From Flavobacteriaceae bacterium (lineage in GTDB: Bacteria > Bacteroidota > Bacteroidia > Flavobacteriales > Flavobacteriaceae), in contig OZ245049.1 in NCBI GenBank assembly GCA_965224465.1, forward strand, positions 2,940,001 through 2,972,000: a stretch of DNA of 32,000 nucleotides, given 5' to 3'. The position numbers and the translations under genes were made by a program. The notes under the pieces were generated by a model. It did not search any database and was not told where the DNA came from. It saw only the letters and a list, made by a program, of their open reading frames with translations. Of this stretch, positions 1 to 10,006 are shown piece after piece; positions within the stretch are counted from its first letter, which is position 1; each line of letters starts with the position of its first letter.

Positions 1-404
1 TCACACAGCATCATGGAAAATCGACATTTAAACATCGATTTCGTTTAGAACAACGATTTATAGACCAAGTTATCAAACAAGCAGACAATAGCTATGGAAT
101 CGGGAGTACAGATTTTAAAATGCGATTGAGATATCGATTTACTTGGGGCATCCCATTATTTAAAGTGAGTGAAAATAAACATGTTTCATTTACAGCATTT
201 GACGAGGTTTGGTTAAACACAAATAAAGGCATCAAACCAAAATCTTTAAATCAGAATTGGTTTTATGTTGGGTTATCCTATCCAATATTTAAAAACGCAT
301 CCATCGGTATGGGGTATTTAAACACTTACGCACCAAAAGGAGCCAATATATTCTCATGTAATAACGTATTACAAACAACATTTAAGTACCATTTTAACAA
401 ATAA
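1..404 (+). CDS. C-terminal part of a conserved hypothetical protein, possibly DUF2490-like outer-membrane family; 5' end lies outside the window
   Basis: The frame of the 120..404 ORF stays open back to base 3 (TQHHGKSTFKHRFRLEQRF...), so the gene enters from upstream. It has alternating aromatic/basic beta-strand-like repeats (RFRLEQRF, RLRYRFTW) and an aromatic-rich C-terminus. The family assignment is from memory only. Confidence 0.4.
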   Translation, partial: TQHHGKSTFKHRFRLEQRFIDQVIKQADNSYGIGSTDFKMRLRYRFTWGIPLFKVSENKHVSFTAFDEVWLNTNKGIKPKSLNQNWFYVGLSYPIFKNASIGMGYLNTYAPKGANIFSCNNVLQTTFKYHFNK

Positions 405-409
405 AAAAA

Positions 410-1228
410 ATGAATATTAAAACAATAATTACAGTAGTAGCATTATCAACAATGATATTTGCTTGTAAAAGCGAAAAAAACAAAACTTCTAAAAAACAAG
501 AAATTGCTGAAGCTACCATTAAGGCTCCAGAACATAAAGAAGCAAAACATTGGAGTTATGAAGGAGAAACAGGACCAGAACATTGGGCAGAATTTGTAAA
601 AAACTCTCAATGTGGAGGAGAATTTCAATCACCTATAAACATTATTAGCTTAAAAAGTGATGTAGACAATACATTAAAAGCATTGGATTTACATTATGCT
701 AAAAGCACAAAAATCCATAATGTAACAAACAACGGTCATTCTGTACAGTACAATTTTGAAGCTGGGAATTACATAAACTATAAAGGTGAGAAATATGCCT
801 TAAAGCAAATTCATTTCCATGAATCAGCAGAACATACTATTGATGGTGTACGTTACCCAATGGTTATTCACATGGTACATGTAAGTGCCAAAGGTAAATA
901 TGTAGTACTTGCAACTATGGTAAAAGAAGGAGAAACCAGTGCTCCTTTCACCTTTTTAGAACAATACTTACCTGTACAAAAAGGAGAAACAAAAACAATC
1001 GATCAAGGATTTGATTTGAACTTAAATTTACCAAAAGACAAAGGGTATTATAACTATGTTGGTTCTTTAACAACACCTCCATGTACAGAAGGTGTAAATT
1101 GGTTTATCTTTAAAAACCCAATTTCTATAACAACAGCACAGTTAAAAGAAATTCAAAAATTAATGCCTAAAAACAATTACAGAAACGAGAAACCATTACA
1201 TGGTAGAAAAGTTAAACAAACAAAATAA
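410..1228 (+). CDS. alpha-class carbonic anhydrase, probable lipoprotein
   Basis: Lipobox-like N-terminus (MIFAC). Alpha-CA hallmarks are present: HWSYEGETGPEHW, QSPINI, the zinc-ligand motif HFHESAEH, plus VIHMVH and SLTTPPCTEGVNW. Confidence 0.9.
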   Translation: MNIKTIITVVALSTMIFACKSEKNKTSKKQEIAEATIKAPEHKEAKHWSYEGETGPEHWAEFVKNSQCGGEFQSPINIISLKSDVDNTLKALDLHYAKSTKIHNVTNNGHSVQYNFEAGNYINYKGEKYALKQIHFHESAEHTIDGVRYPMVIHMVHVSAKGKYVVLATMVKEGETSAPFTFLEQYLPVQKGETKTIDQGFDLNLNLPKDKGYYNYVGSLTTPPCTEGVNWFIFKNPISITTAQLKEIQKLMPKNNYRNEKPLHGRKVKQTK

Positions 1229-1270
1229 CATATAAAGTTTAAGCTGATTTAAATAATATATTTATCTTTG

Positions 1271-1313
1271 ATAACTGTGAATAAGCATCAATAGCTTATT
1301 CACAGTTATTTTT
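1271..1313 (+). terminator. rho-independent terminator after the carbonic anhydrase gene
   Basis: Perfect 16-bp inverted repeat: ataactgtgaataagc (1271-1286) and gcttattcacagttat (1294-1309), with a 7-nt loop, followed by a T-run that ends one base before the next ATG. Confidence 0.75.
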
Positions 1314-2441
1314 ATGAATATAGATTATAATTTTATCAGCTTTTTAGATACTCTAGCCATTATTCAAGGTCTTTTTTTTGGGATTATCCTTACGTATTTA
1401 AGTTTTAAAACCAATATTTCGAGGCTATATCTCGGGATTTTTGTGATTCTTTTCTCATTAGAACCGATTCCAAATATATTGGAAGAGTTAGAAATCTTAA
1501 AAAATTATCCGTTTTTAGAACTCCTTCCTACTCATTTTCATTTTTTAGCCTATCCCCTATTTTTTATATACATTCAAAAAATAACCATTCCTAAAATTAA
1601 AAAAATAAAGTATTGGATTTTAATCCCTGGTGGCATCGAATTATTAATGGGACTAATTATTTTCTTTCTTCCTTTAGAAATTAAATTAAAAATAAAAGGG
1701 TCTTTCTTTGCCAATCTATACTTTGTGCTTGGTATGTTTTACTCTATTTTTATTGGTATTGTAGTTATTCGTAAGGTTTTACGACATCAAAAAGAAATAA
1801 ATAAGCAATTTTCTCAAACGCATTATAAGAATTTAGATTGGGCTAAAACCTTTATTTACGTCAGTATATTCTTTCAAATATTATTACTCCTAAACTTTTT
1901 TATAGGTTCACAACCTATTAATTATTTTCTCTCTATTTTAAATGTTTTATTAATTTACGGAGTATCCTATAAAGGAATTATTCAAGAAAAAACAGTGTCT
2001 ATCTTCGAAGGTTTAGATTTTAAACCTGAAGAATTAATTCATAATAACAGTCCTGATATTGTGAATAATACGCAAAAAAACGAGTTCATGAACAGTACGG
2101 AGATGATAAAAACTTTTACATTACTAGATCAATATATAAACAACTCAAAATGTTATAAATTAGAGAATATTACGATTGTAGATATTGCAAATTCTATTCA
2201 GATACACCCAAAACGTATTTCTCACACGCTCAATAACTTAAAAAAAACAAATTTTAATTCTTATATCAATAAATACAGAATTGAGTATGCTAAGGAGTTA
2301 TTAACAAACAGAAAAAGTGCAAGTTTATCCATTGAAGGTATTGGAATAAATGCTGGTTTCCATTCAAAAGCTACTTTTTATAATGCTTTTAAAAAGTTTG
2401 AATTATGCACTCCCAATCAATATAAAAAAGTCACACAATAA
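1314..2441 (+). CDS. AraC-family HTH regulator with a multi-pass membrane N-terminal domain
   Basis: About 220 aa of hydrophobic helices, followed by a C-terminal HTH_18-like region (ITIVDIANSIQIHPKRISHTLN ... GFHSKATFYNAFKK). Confidence 0.8.
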   Translation: MNIDYNFISFLDTLAIIQGLFFGIILTYLSFKTNISRLYLGIFVILFSLEPIPNILEELEILKNYPFLELLPTHFHFLAYPLFFIYIQKITIPKIKKIKYWILIPGGIELLMGLIIFFLPLEIKLKIKGSFFANLYFVLGMFYSIFIGIVVIRKVLRHQKEINKQFSQTHYKNLDWAKTFIYVSIFFQILLLLNFFIGSQPINYFLSILNVLLIYGVSYKGIIQEKTVSIFEGLDFKPEELIHNNSPDIVNNTQKNEFMNSTEMIKTFTLLDQYINNSKCYKLENITIVDIANSIQIHPKRISHTLNNLKKTNFNSYINKYRIEYAKELLTNRKSASLSIEGIGINAGFHSKATFYNAFKKFELCTPNQYKKVTQ

Positions 2442-2732
2442 TTGGTTTAAGCTTACAGATACTCACAATTCCCCCATTCACATCCATTTTATCGACTCCT
2501 TAGAGCATCCATCAGTTCTTATAAGCGCTAACGGTTTCTTTTTAGGTGCAAACACGCCCTGTGCTATGGTTGTTAAGATAACTTAAGAACACAAGTACAT
2601 CATATCCAAATAAGCGAAAAACAACGCTATACCTTTTGTTTTTTTTAGAACATGATACAAGATGTGTCATTCCCCTAAAAAAGCGAATAGGTGACCGCAC
2701 ACAGGGCAATGATATGCGTTTGAAATCAACAT

Positions 2733-2780
2733 AAATAATTCCATTTCTAAACCATCACTTGAAAAATGTTTTTAGTGATA
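2733..2780 (+). repeat. copy of the dispersed intergenic box (aaataattccatttctaaaccatcacttgaaaaatg...)
   Basis: Aligns by eye with the boxes at 10677-10722, 12045-12090, 12465-12510, 12880-12925, 13295-13340 and 13690-13735, and with the inverted copy at 30305-30350. Confidence 0.55.
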
Positions 2781-2810
2781 CAAGCAACATATCAAGTTGA
2801 TAAAAACGAT

Positions 2811-2843
2811 AAAAAAAAGCCTCAAAGTTTAAAACTTCAAGGC
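2811..2843 (-). terminator. rho-independent terminator downstream of purD
   Basis: On the minus strand: stem gcct..aagttt / aaactt..aggc (2819-2843), followed by a T8 run (A8 at 2811-2818 on the plus strand). Confidence 0.6.
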
Positions 2844-2984
2844 TTTACAATACGGTAAAAACAATATCTAAATACTGTTCTAAGTTGACTCCTATTTCCA
2901 AGCAACAGCGATCCTGATTTTTTTATATCAAACAGAGATTTTACGAATCCCAATCACCGTTAGAAAGAAAGAATATGACACCAA

Positions 2985-4256
2985 TTACAAGTCAAACCCT
3001 ATATCTGATCTAAAATTTACTCCATCGAAGCAGATTTTATCAATATTTTTATAAGACTGTTTTAAAGCCGATTTAAAATCGTCTCCAAAGGAAGTAATTG
3101 CAATTACACGACCTCCGTTGGTTACAATGGTATCGTCTTTTTGAATTGTTCCAGCATGAAAAACAATAGAATCCTCAACTTTATCGAGACCTTCAATGGT
3201 TTTTCCTTTTTCATAAGCTTCTGGATATCCACCAGAAACTAACATTACTGTAGCAGCACTTTCTTCTTTAAATTCTATTTTCTGATTGGCTAAATTTCCT
3301 TTACCCGTTTCAATTAACAAGTGCAAGAAATCACTTTTAATACGTGGGATTACTACTTCGCTTTCAGGATCTCCCATGCGGCAATTGTACTCTATTACCA
3401 TTGGTTCGTTATTTACTTTAATCAATCCAAAGAAAATAAATCCTTTGTACGAGATCCCATCCTTTTTAAGCCCTTCTACGGTCGGTTTAATCACCCGCTC
3501 CTCTATCTTGTCTAAATACACTTTATCAGCAAAGGAAACAGGCGAAATAGCACCCATACCTCCCGTGTTGAGTCCAGCATCACCTTCTCCAATCCTTTTA
3601 TAATCTTTTGCATTGGGTAAACTTACATAACTATCTCCATCTGTCAATACAAAACAGCTCATTTCTATACCGTCCAAAAACTCTTCAATAACGACTTTTG
3701 CGCTTGCTGCACCAAATTTCTGATGGGTAAGCATATCATTTAATTCTGACTTTGCTTGGTCTAAATCATTTAAAATAAGCACACCTTTTCCGGCAGCCAA
3801 TCCATCTGCTTTTAAAACATAAGGCTGCGTTAAAGAATCTAAAAAGGCATATCCTTCTTTCACATTTGCTACAGTAAAACTTTTATAAGCAGCGGTAGGA
3901 ATGTTGTGGCGGAACATAAATTTCTTAGCAAACTCTTTACTTCCCTCTAGCTGTGCAGCATATTTTTGTGGGCCAATTACGGCAACATTTTTTAAAGCAT
4001 CGTCTTCCAAAAAGAAATCGTGAATTCCTTGAACCAAAGGATCTTCTGGGCCTACGACTACCAATTGAATTTTATGTTGAATAACCGCAGCTTTTACGGC
4101 ATCAAAGTCGGTAGGGTTTACATCCAAATTAGTTCCTACTTGGGCTGTTCCTGCATTTCCTGGGGCTATAAATAACTGAGTTAATAATTTGCTTTGAGCA
4201 ATTTTCCATGCCATAGCATGTTCTCTACCTCCTGCACCTAAAATTAATGTGTTCAT
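2985..4256 (-). CDS. purD: phosphoribosylamine--glycine ligase
   Basis: 423 aa. N-terminal ILGAGGREHAMAWK, an ATP-grasp core (LKADGLAAGKGV, EEFLDGIE, NTGGMG) and a C-terminal GGRV motif. Confidence 0.95.
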   Translation of the reverse strand: MNTLILGAGGREHAMAWKIAQSKLLTQLFIAPGNAGTAQVGTNLDVNPTDFDAVKAAVIQHKIQLVVVGPEDPLVQGIHDFFLEDDALKNVAVIGPQKYAAQLEGSKEFAKKFMFRHNIPTAAYKSFTVANVKEGYAFLDSLTQPYVLKADGLAAGKGVLILNDLDQAKSELNDMLTHQKFGAASAKVVIEEFLDGIEMSCFVLTDGDSYVSLPNAKDYKRIGEGDAGLNTGGMGAISPVSFADKVYLDKIEERVIKPTVEGLKKDGISYKGFIFFGLIKVNNEPMVIEYNCRMGDPESEVVIPRIKSDFLHLLIETGKGNLANQKIEFKEESAATVMLVSGGYPEAYEKGKTIEGLDKVEDSIVFHAGTIQKDDTIVTNGGRVIAITSFGDDFKSALKQSYKNIDKICFDGVNFRSDIGFDL

Positions 4257-4281
4257 TGTATATATTAATTGTGTTGTTGTC

Positions 4282-5967
4282 TTAAAAAATTTGTTCTAGA
4301 ATTTTTTCTGTAATCACATAGGTTGGTAAAACGCCTGTGGTTCCAAGTCCACCGGAAGCAAGTGTACTTCCCGTTTCTAATGGATTGTCCGATGCATAAT
4401 AAGCATACCTAACATGCACTTTTTTTGAAATATTACCTCTAATTCTAGAAGCTGCTTGGATGGCTTTTTGATAGTGAGCTCCTTCCATTTCCAAACCAAT
4501 AACTTTCCACGTGGAACGGTGAAAAAATTTAAGAATGTCTTTATTTTGTAATGATGTTCCTAAAACGGTAACCATCGCACCACTCACCACATCTACGCCA
4601 CAGTTTTGAAACATACTTTTCTTGAGTTGATTTTTAAAGGGATAATTATCCGCAGTCCCTTCAAAAATATGTGCATTTGGAATCATAATATCACCTTTAC
4701 CACCTTCTAAAATCCCCGCTTTCCCCATGATAGAAACCGATTCTATATTCATAAAATACTTTTTCTTTCCTGCTGTTTTGTAAGGTTTCAATAGTTCGTC
4801 CATTGTTTCATACGCTTGTTCTCCAAAGGCATAATCCATAACAATTAATACCGGTTTTACGCCGTCCTTACTATAATTAATTTTATAATTGGTTTTAGAA
4901 AAATCTATTTTTTCAGTATCAATAATTTGAACATTGATATTTGTTCCAGAAGTATCTTTTACGTAGATCAATCCATTTTCAGCCGCAAAATTTTTCACTT
5001 TTTTACGTAGTAAATTATTTTTAGATTCGCTCAACATCTCAAACAATGCAATTCCTTTGAGATCTGCTGCTTCTTTTTTGAGTACCATTGGCGCGTAAAT
5101 AGAATTCATAACGCTATGCATATTAGCACTAATGATATGGACTGGGCGTTCAATTAAATTATTTTCAAATAGGGATTTTTTGATCGTTGTAGCCCAAACA
5201 TCCCCGTAAATATGATGTCCAATACGCTCCCTTAACACAGGAGAAAAGGTGATGGTTCTTTTTTGATTTTTACGACGTTCATTAATTGCCAAATATCCTA
5301 ACCAAAAAATAATTTGAAAAAATCTATTTGGATTTTCTTCGGATGAAAATGCATTATAAGCCTCCAAAACTTCGGCAAAAGTACGACCTAAAATATTCCC
5401 TACATGCGCCATTAGTACTTCGCGTTCTTCAATAGAAATATCTTTGTTATACACTACAATTTCTTCCAATCGTTTCCATTCACGAATGGTATCTTGATCC
5501 TTATTAATCAATACCGTATTCGCAATTTTATGTGACTCTATAAACAAAAAAGTAAGGTGCGTAAGGATGTCGTAAATTTCAGACCTACCCCTCGTTACCT
5601 CAATATTCATTTGATCTTTGTCTATTCTATAACAATTTCTGCGACGTTTAGGCGGCACAATTACTTTAAAACTAGCATTTGAATACCCTTCATCTGCAGT
5701 CAAATTTGTAAACTGGCACTCCTCTATCCCTTCTGGTAAACGCTCTATCACATAAATAAGTCCGTTTAATTCTACCTTTTCATCCGCAATAGATCCATAA
5801 ATTTCTGGTCGTAGTAACAACAATGCTTCTCGAAGAGCATCTCCCGAAACCCCCATTGGTTTATAAAAACCACGACTGAACAAATGGCGCATCGTAATAT
5901 ACAAACGTTCAATAGCACTCGAAGATTCCTGAGCACGTGTTCTATTAAGTGTAATTGATTTATGCAT
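4282..5967 (-). CDS. conserved hypothetical protein; the C-terminal ~200 aa resemble the nucleoside phosphorylase / AMP nucleosidase (PNP_UDP_1) fold
   Basis: Long uninterrupted 561-aa ORF. C-terminal motifs are VLIVMDYAFGEQA, GKAGIL.GGKGDIMIP, VTVLGTSL and GLEMEGAHYQKA (compare the EMEsaa motif of phosphorylase family 1). Coding status is secure; the function is inferred. Confidence 0.6.
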   Translation of the reverse strand: MHKSITLNRTRAQESSSAIERLYITMRHLFSRGFYKPMGVSGDALREALLLLRPEIYGSIADEKVELNGLIYVIERLPEGIEECQFTNLTADEGYSNASFKVIVPPKRRRNCYRIDKDQMNIEVTRGRSEIYDILTHLTFLFIESHKIANTVLINKDQDTIREWKRLEEIVVYNKDISIEEREVLMAHVGNILGRTFAEVLEAYNAFSSEENPNRFFQIIFWLGYLAINERRKNQKRTITFSPVLRERIGHHIYGDVWATTIKKSLFENNLIERPVHIISANMHSVMNSIYAPMVLKKEAADLKGIALFEMLSESKNNLLRKKVKNFAAENGLIYVKDTSGTNINVQIIDTEKIDFSKTNYKINYSKDGVKPVLIVMDYAFGEQAYETMDELLKPYKTAGKKKYFMNIESVSIMGKAGILEGGKGDIMIPNAHIFEGTADNYPFKNQLKKSMFQNCGVDVVSGAMVTVLGTSLQNKDILKFFHRSTWKVIGLEMEGAHYQKAIQAASRIRGNISKKVHVRYAYYASDNPLETGSTLASGGLGTTGVLPTYVITEKILEQIF

Positions 5968-6259
5968 GGTTTTTTATTTAAAGGCAAAGATACAATTTTT
6001 ATGGCTTCGTATACAGAGTAGGCTAATACAGTCCAATAGCACGTATAGCAAGTACATTTCTATAAAAATCATATGTAAATCAATGCGTGAATCCAATGAA
6101 TTCAACTGGTATTCCACCTTATTTACCAGAAAAATTAATGTGCTACCTTCTTGTTTTCAGCACTGGAATGCAAAAATAATCCATCATAACTTAAGGGATC
6201 CCTACAAACAAATTTATTCGCAATAAAAACAGCATAATAAATAAGCAATACAAAACCAA

Positions 6260-7582
6260 CTAAGCGGTTACGCAACCAAAAACATAAGAATTTAAAAGTT
6301 GCAAGGTTCTAATTTTATCATCGGAATGCACCAAAATAGAGATGTTGTTATTGCTTCCTCCATAAGAAATCATACGTACTGATATATCCTGTAACACTTT
6401 AAAAAACTTATAGGTATTTTTGTGATGTACAATTTGATTCCCAACCAAACAAATAATACTCTGATGTTCATCTATTTCTACGGTTGAAAATTTCTCCAAT
6501 TCAGAAACAATTTCTTGGAGATATTTGGTAGCATCAATTGTCAAGGAAATGGCAATTTCTGAGGTTGTAATCATATCAATAGACGTTTCATATTTCTCGA
6601 AAATTTCGAATACTTTTTTCAAAAAACCATGAGCCTGTAACATGCGTGCAGATTTTATTTTAATCGCCGTAATAGCATCCTTTGCAGCCATCGCCTTAAT
6701 TCCAACCTCACTTGCATTTTTATTGATCAATGTCCCATACGAAAGAGGTTGCATTGTGTTTTTTAAACGTACAGGTATATTTGCTTTTCGTGCAGGCATC
6801 ACCGTTTGAGGGTGCAGAATTTTAGCGCCAAAATAGGCCAATTCCGCAGCTTCATCAAAAGACAAATTTGAAATGGCATGTGTGTCTGATACAAAACGTG
6901 GATCATTGGTGTGTAAACCATCAATATCTGTCCATATCTGAACTTCATCGGCATCCAATGCTGCCCCAATTATTGTAGCGGAATAATCACTTCCACCACG
7001 TTCTAAATTAGAAATATTACCCTCGTTATCCAGGCAAATAAAACCCTGGGTTACATATATATCTGCCGTAATTCCCTCTTTTATAAGTCGATTTAAATTT
7101 TGTTTGATATAAAAATTATCAGGTTCACCATCTTTATCCACTCGCATAAATTCCAAGGCAGGTAACAAACGGGTCTTTATGTGTTGGCTCTTTAAAAAAT
7201 GAGTAAACATAAAGGTAGAAAGCAACTCTCCTTTGGAGACTATATTATTATACAAAAATGATTGTAAAGGATTGGAAATTAACAGTGTTAATTCTAAAAA
7301 AACAGCATCTACATAATTAAATACCAACTGTTTACATTCAGATCTTTCAAACAATTCGTCCAATACATTTATATAATGCTGTTGCAACTCCTTTAAATTT
7401 TGCAAGGCCAATTGTTGTTGATTGTCAATTGCTAACCTATATAATTCTACCAAGGCATTGGTTGTACCAGACATCGCAGAAAGTACCACTATCTTAGTCG
7501 TTCCATCCACAATAATATCCTTTACCATGTGCATGTTTATAACTGATCCTACAGATGTTCCTCCAAATTTTAATACGTTCAT
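6260..7582 (-). CDS. lysC: aspartate kinase
   Basis: MNVLKFGGTSVG start, VVLSAMSGTTN, a GGSDYSA-type motif (ERGGSDYSATIIGA), LHPQTV, and a C-terminal ACT-like repeat region. 440 aa. Confidence 0.9.
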   Translation of the reverse strand: MNVLKFGGTSVGSVINMHMVKDIIVDGTTKIVVLSAMSGTTNALVELYRLAIDNQQQLALQNLKELQQHYINVLDELFERSECKQLVFNYVDAVFLELTLLISNPLQSFLYNNIVSKGELLSTFMFTHFLKSQHIKTRLLPALEFMRVDKDGEPDNFYIKQNLNRLIKEGITADIYVTQGFICLDNEGNISNLERGGSDYSATIIGAALDADEVQIWTDIDGLHTNDPRFVSDTHAISNLSFDEAAELAYFGAKILHPQTVMPARKANIPVRLKNTMQPLSYGTLINKNASEVGIKAMAAKDAITAIKIKSARMLQAHGFLKKVFEIFEKYETSIDMITTSEIAISLTIDATKYLQEIVSELEKFSTVEIDEHQSIICLVGNQIVHHKNTYKFFKVLQDISVRMISYGGSNNNISILVHSDDKIRTLQLLNSYVFGCVTA

Positions 7583-7749
7583 TTCTATTAATTTTACACA
7601 AACTTATATTTATTTATACTTTTAGTAAATTTTTTAAATTATTATATCTAATTTTGTACTAGATGTTAATTATTTAACATTCTACCTTAGGTTATACTTA
7701 ATTATTTGATTTTAAGTAAGATCTAAAAGAAATACATAAAACACAACTC

Positions 7750-8409
7750 ATGAAAACAATTGCACATTGTGTAGAAGAAATATTGATCACTCAGCCATTT
7801 CTAGAAGAAGCAATTAACAGAAATATTGTGAATTACAGCGCACTAGCAGAAGAACTAAGAGAACCTATAGGGAAAATTTTAAGAAAACCTGTAAAAGCTG
7901 GAGCCATAATGATGGCTTTGAGAAGATATTCTCCACCTAAAGAACTAGGAAATAAAGTAAAATTACAACAAGTATTAAAGAATTTAGGAGACATTACGGT
8001 ACGATCAGATTTATCGGATTATACCTTTAAAAATTCTGATAATTTAATTCGAAGTCATTCAAATATCATAGAACTCCTAAAAAAAGACCCTCAAATATTT
8101 TACACATTTACCCGGGGAATACATGAAAGTAATATTTTAATAACCAGTAAGTTTAAGCACCATGTAAAGGAGAGTTACAAACATGAATTGTGTACTTCTG
8201 TGCAACATAATCTATCTGCCATTACCATCGGATTACCACAAATGAACACAAAGATTTCTGGTCTATATTATCAGTTTTTTAAACGATTGGCATGGGAGGG
8301 AATTGCGCTTTATGAAGTGATTTCTACCACCAATGAATTCACCATTATTGTAGAAGATGATGTCGTAGACAAGGCATTCTCGGTGATTAAAAAATTAAAA
8401 CTAAGCTAA
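7750..8409 (+). CDS. hypothetical protein, possibly with a C-terminal ACT-like domain
   Basis: 219-aa ORF with normal composition, divergent from lysC. The C-terminal segment (LAWEGIALYEVISTTNEFTIIVEDDVVDKAFSVI) is reminiscent of ACT domains. Confidence 0.55.
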   Translation: MKTIAHCVEEILITQPFLEEAINRNIVNYSALAEELREPIGKILRKPVKAGAIMMALRRYSPPKELGNKVKLQQVLKNLGDITVRSDLSDYTFKNSDNLIRSHSNIIELLKKDPQIFYTFTRGIHESNILITSKFKHHVKESYKHELCTSVQHNLSAITIGLPQMNTKISGLYYQFFKRLAWEGIALYEVISTTNEFTIIVEDDVVDKAFSVIKKLKLS

Positions 8410-8507
8410 AAAAAACCAACAAAAACAGGGTCTACGGAAAACCACATGTAACGTGTAATACCCCAACTGTTTTCTGAATTTATATTTCATATGTTTCTAA
8501 AAAAAAC

Positions 8508-9047
8508 ATGAAAAGAAGATTATTATTTAAGGAAATTGCAGCACTGGTATTTTTAACTGTACTAATAGGTTGTGAAAAAGAGGAAATACAGGCTCCGAAA
8601 GCCAACAATGCCAACATTGTAGGAGAATGGATGTTAGAGAATTTAAATTACAAAGGATCTTCAACGGTTACAGTCCTCGGGAAAGAATATAAAACTAATT
8701 ATATAGGACAATCCGTTGACTCCGATTTTAGTGTTAACTATAAAGAAAACAAAGAAGTTCGAACTTCAGGAAGTTATAAAATTAAATTAACGACCACAAT
8801 TATGGGGCAGACAACAACAACTACAGAGTCAACTGAAGGGATACTCAAACCAGGACTTATAGGAAAATGGGAAATAAAAGGAGATTCGTTATATACAATT
8901 TACGATGGAGATAAGACAGTTTCTTACATCGAAACACTTACCAAAAACAAACTAAAAACAGTAACAATAGATAAACGAACTGCATTAACAGATGGTGTTA
9001 AAACAACCATTGATACTAAAGTCACAACAGCATATATAAGGAAATAA
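8508..9047 (+). CDS. lipocalin-like lipoprotein (paralog A)
   Basis: Signal peptide plus lipobox (LIGCEK). The T/K-rich beta-strand pattern is shared with the 10939..11469 paralog (IVGEW..., G.WEIKG..L). Confidence 0.75.
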   Translation: MKRRLLFKEIAALVFLTVLIGCEKEEIQAPKANNANIVGEWMLENLNYKGSSTVTVLGKEYKTNYIGQSVDSDFSVNYKENKEVRTSGSYKIKLTTTIMGQTTTTTESTEGILKPGLIGKWEIKGDSLYTIYDGDKTVSYIETLTKNKLKTVTIDKRTALTDGVKTTIDTKVTTAYIRK

Positions 9048-9142
9048 CTAGGTGAAAAAAAGAAACATTTCCCCTTTTATTTAAAATTGACGCTCCATAT
9101 CACGGTATTTTTACAATCTTGCAACATACAAAATTGAAATAC

Positions 9143-10006
9143 ATGAAACCTGCGTCTATCAAACATTTTATAGAAATAAACATCGCCATTTTATTGATAT
9201 CCACCTCTGGTGCATTAGGTAAATATATACACTTGCCTCCGCCTGTAATCATTTGGATGCGCAGTCTATTGGCCGTGTTTTTTTTAGGTCTATATTGTTG
9301 GTACAAAGGGATAAATTTTAAAATTAAAGACACAAAAAACAGAAAAACCATCTTTTTAAGTGGTGTGTTTATGGGAATTCACTGGGTGACCTATTTTTAC
9401 GCACTGCACCTTTCAAATGTAGCCATCGGAATGCTTTCATTATTTACGTACCCCGTAATCACTACATTTCTAGAACCCCTCTTTTTAAAATCAAAAATAA
9501 ATATACGTCACGTATTTCTAGGTATAATGGTACTGATTGGCATCCAATACTTAGTGCCAGATTTTGACATTAAAAACGACCAAACATTGGGTATTATTTC
9601 TGGTTTAGTATCGGCAATATTTTATGCAATGCGGAATATTTTAATGAAAAAAATGGTAAATAACCACCATGGTTCACTCTTAATGTTTTACCAAATGCTG
9701 GTTATATCAATCTTTTTATGGCCCGTATTATTCTATTTTGATTTCACAGTAAACACAAATGATATTACTGCATTATTAGTCTTAGCATTAGTGACAACCA
9801 CCATAGGACATACCTTGTTTGTAATGAGTTTTAAAAATTTCACAGTAGGCACAGCTAGTATAATGAGTAGTATTCAACCTGTATATGGAATTATTTTCGC
9901 CTACTTTTTATTATCAGAAACACCTAATACCAACACCATTATAGGAGGTTCAATCATCGTGTGTACGGTAATTATTGAAGCTGTTTTTCATAAGAAAAAA
10001 GCTTAA
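9143..10006 (+). CDS. EamA/DMT-family transporter
   Basis: About 10 hydrophobic helices in two EamA-like halves. The tracked ORF begins at a TTG (9119); the first ATG is at 9143. Confidence 0.85.
   Translation: MKPASIKHFIEINIAILLISTSGALGKYIHLPPPVIIWMRSLLAVFFLGLYCWYKGINFKIKDTKNRKTIFLSGVFMGIHWVTYFYALHLSNVAIGMLSLFTYPVITTFLEPLFLKSKINIRHVFLGIMVLIGIQYLVPDFDIKNDQTLGIISGLVSAIFYAMRNILMKKMVNNHHGSLLMFYQMLVISIFLWPVLFYFDFTVNTNDITALLVLALVTTTIGHTLFVMSFKNFTVGTASIMSSIQPVYGIIFAYFLLSETPNTNTIIGGSIIVCTVIIEAVFHKKKA

Noticed and set aside
2350-2586. The 78-aa ORF overlapping the end of the AraC gene and running into the spacer, and the similar 86-aa ORF at 5966..6226.
   Set aside because: No recognisable motifs, odd composition, overlap with or immediate abutment on well-supported genes, and location in AT-rich spacers. 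Most likely chance ORFs.
2557-2706. An 8-bp GC-rich inverted repeat (gccctgtg at 2557-2564 and cacagggc at 2698-2705) about 130 bp apart in the AraC-purD spacer.
   Set aside because: Only 8 bp match, there is no flanking target duplication or further terminal similarity, and there is a single occurrence. This is insufficient to call a MITE or a structured RNA.
7583-7749. A lysine riboswitch (L-box) upstream of the aspartate kinase gene, and a purine riboswitch at 5968-6259.
   Set aside because: Both leaders are AT-rich. I could not recognise the conserved GC-containing helices or core motifs of these riboswitches by eye. An Infernal scan would be needed for certainty.
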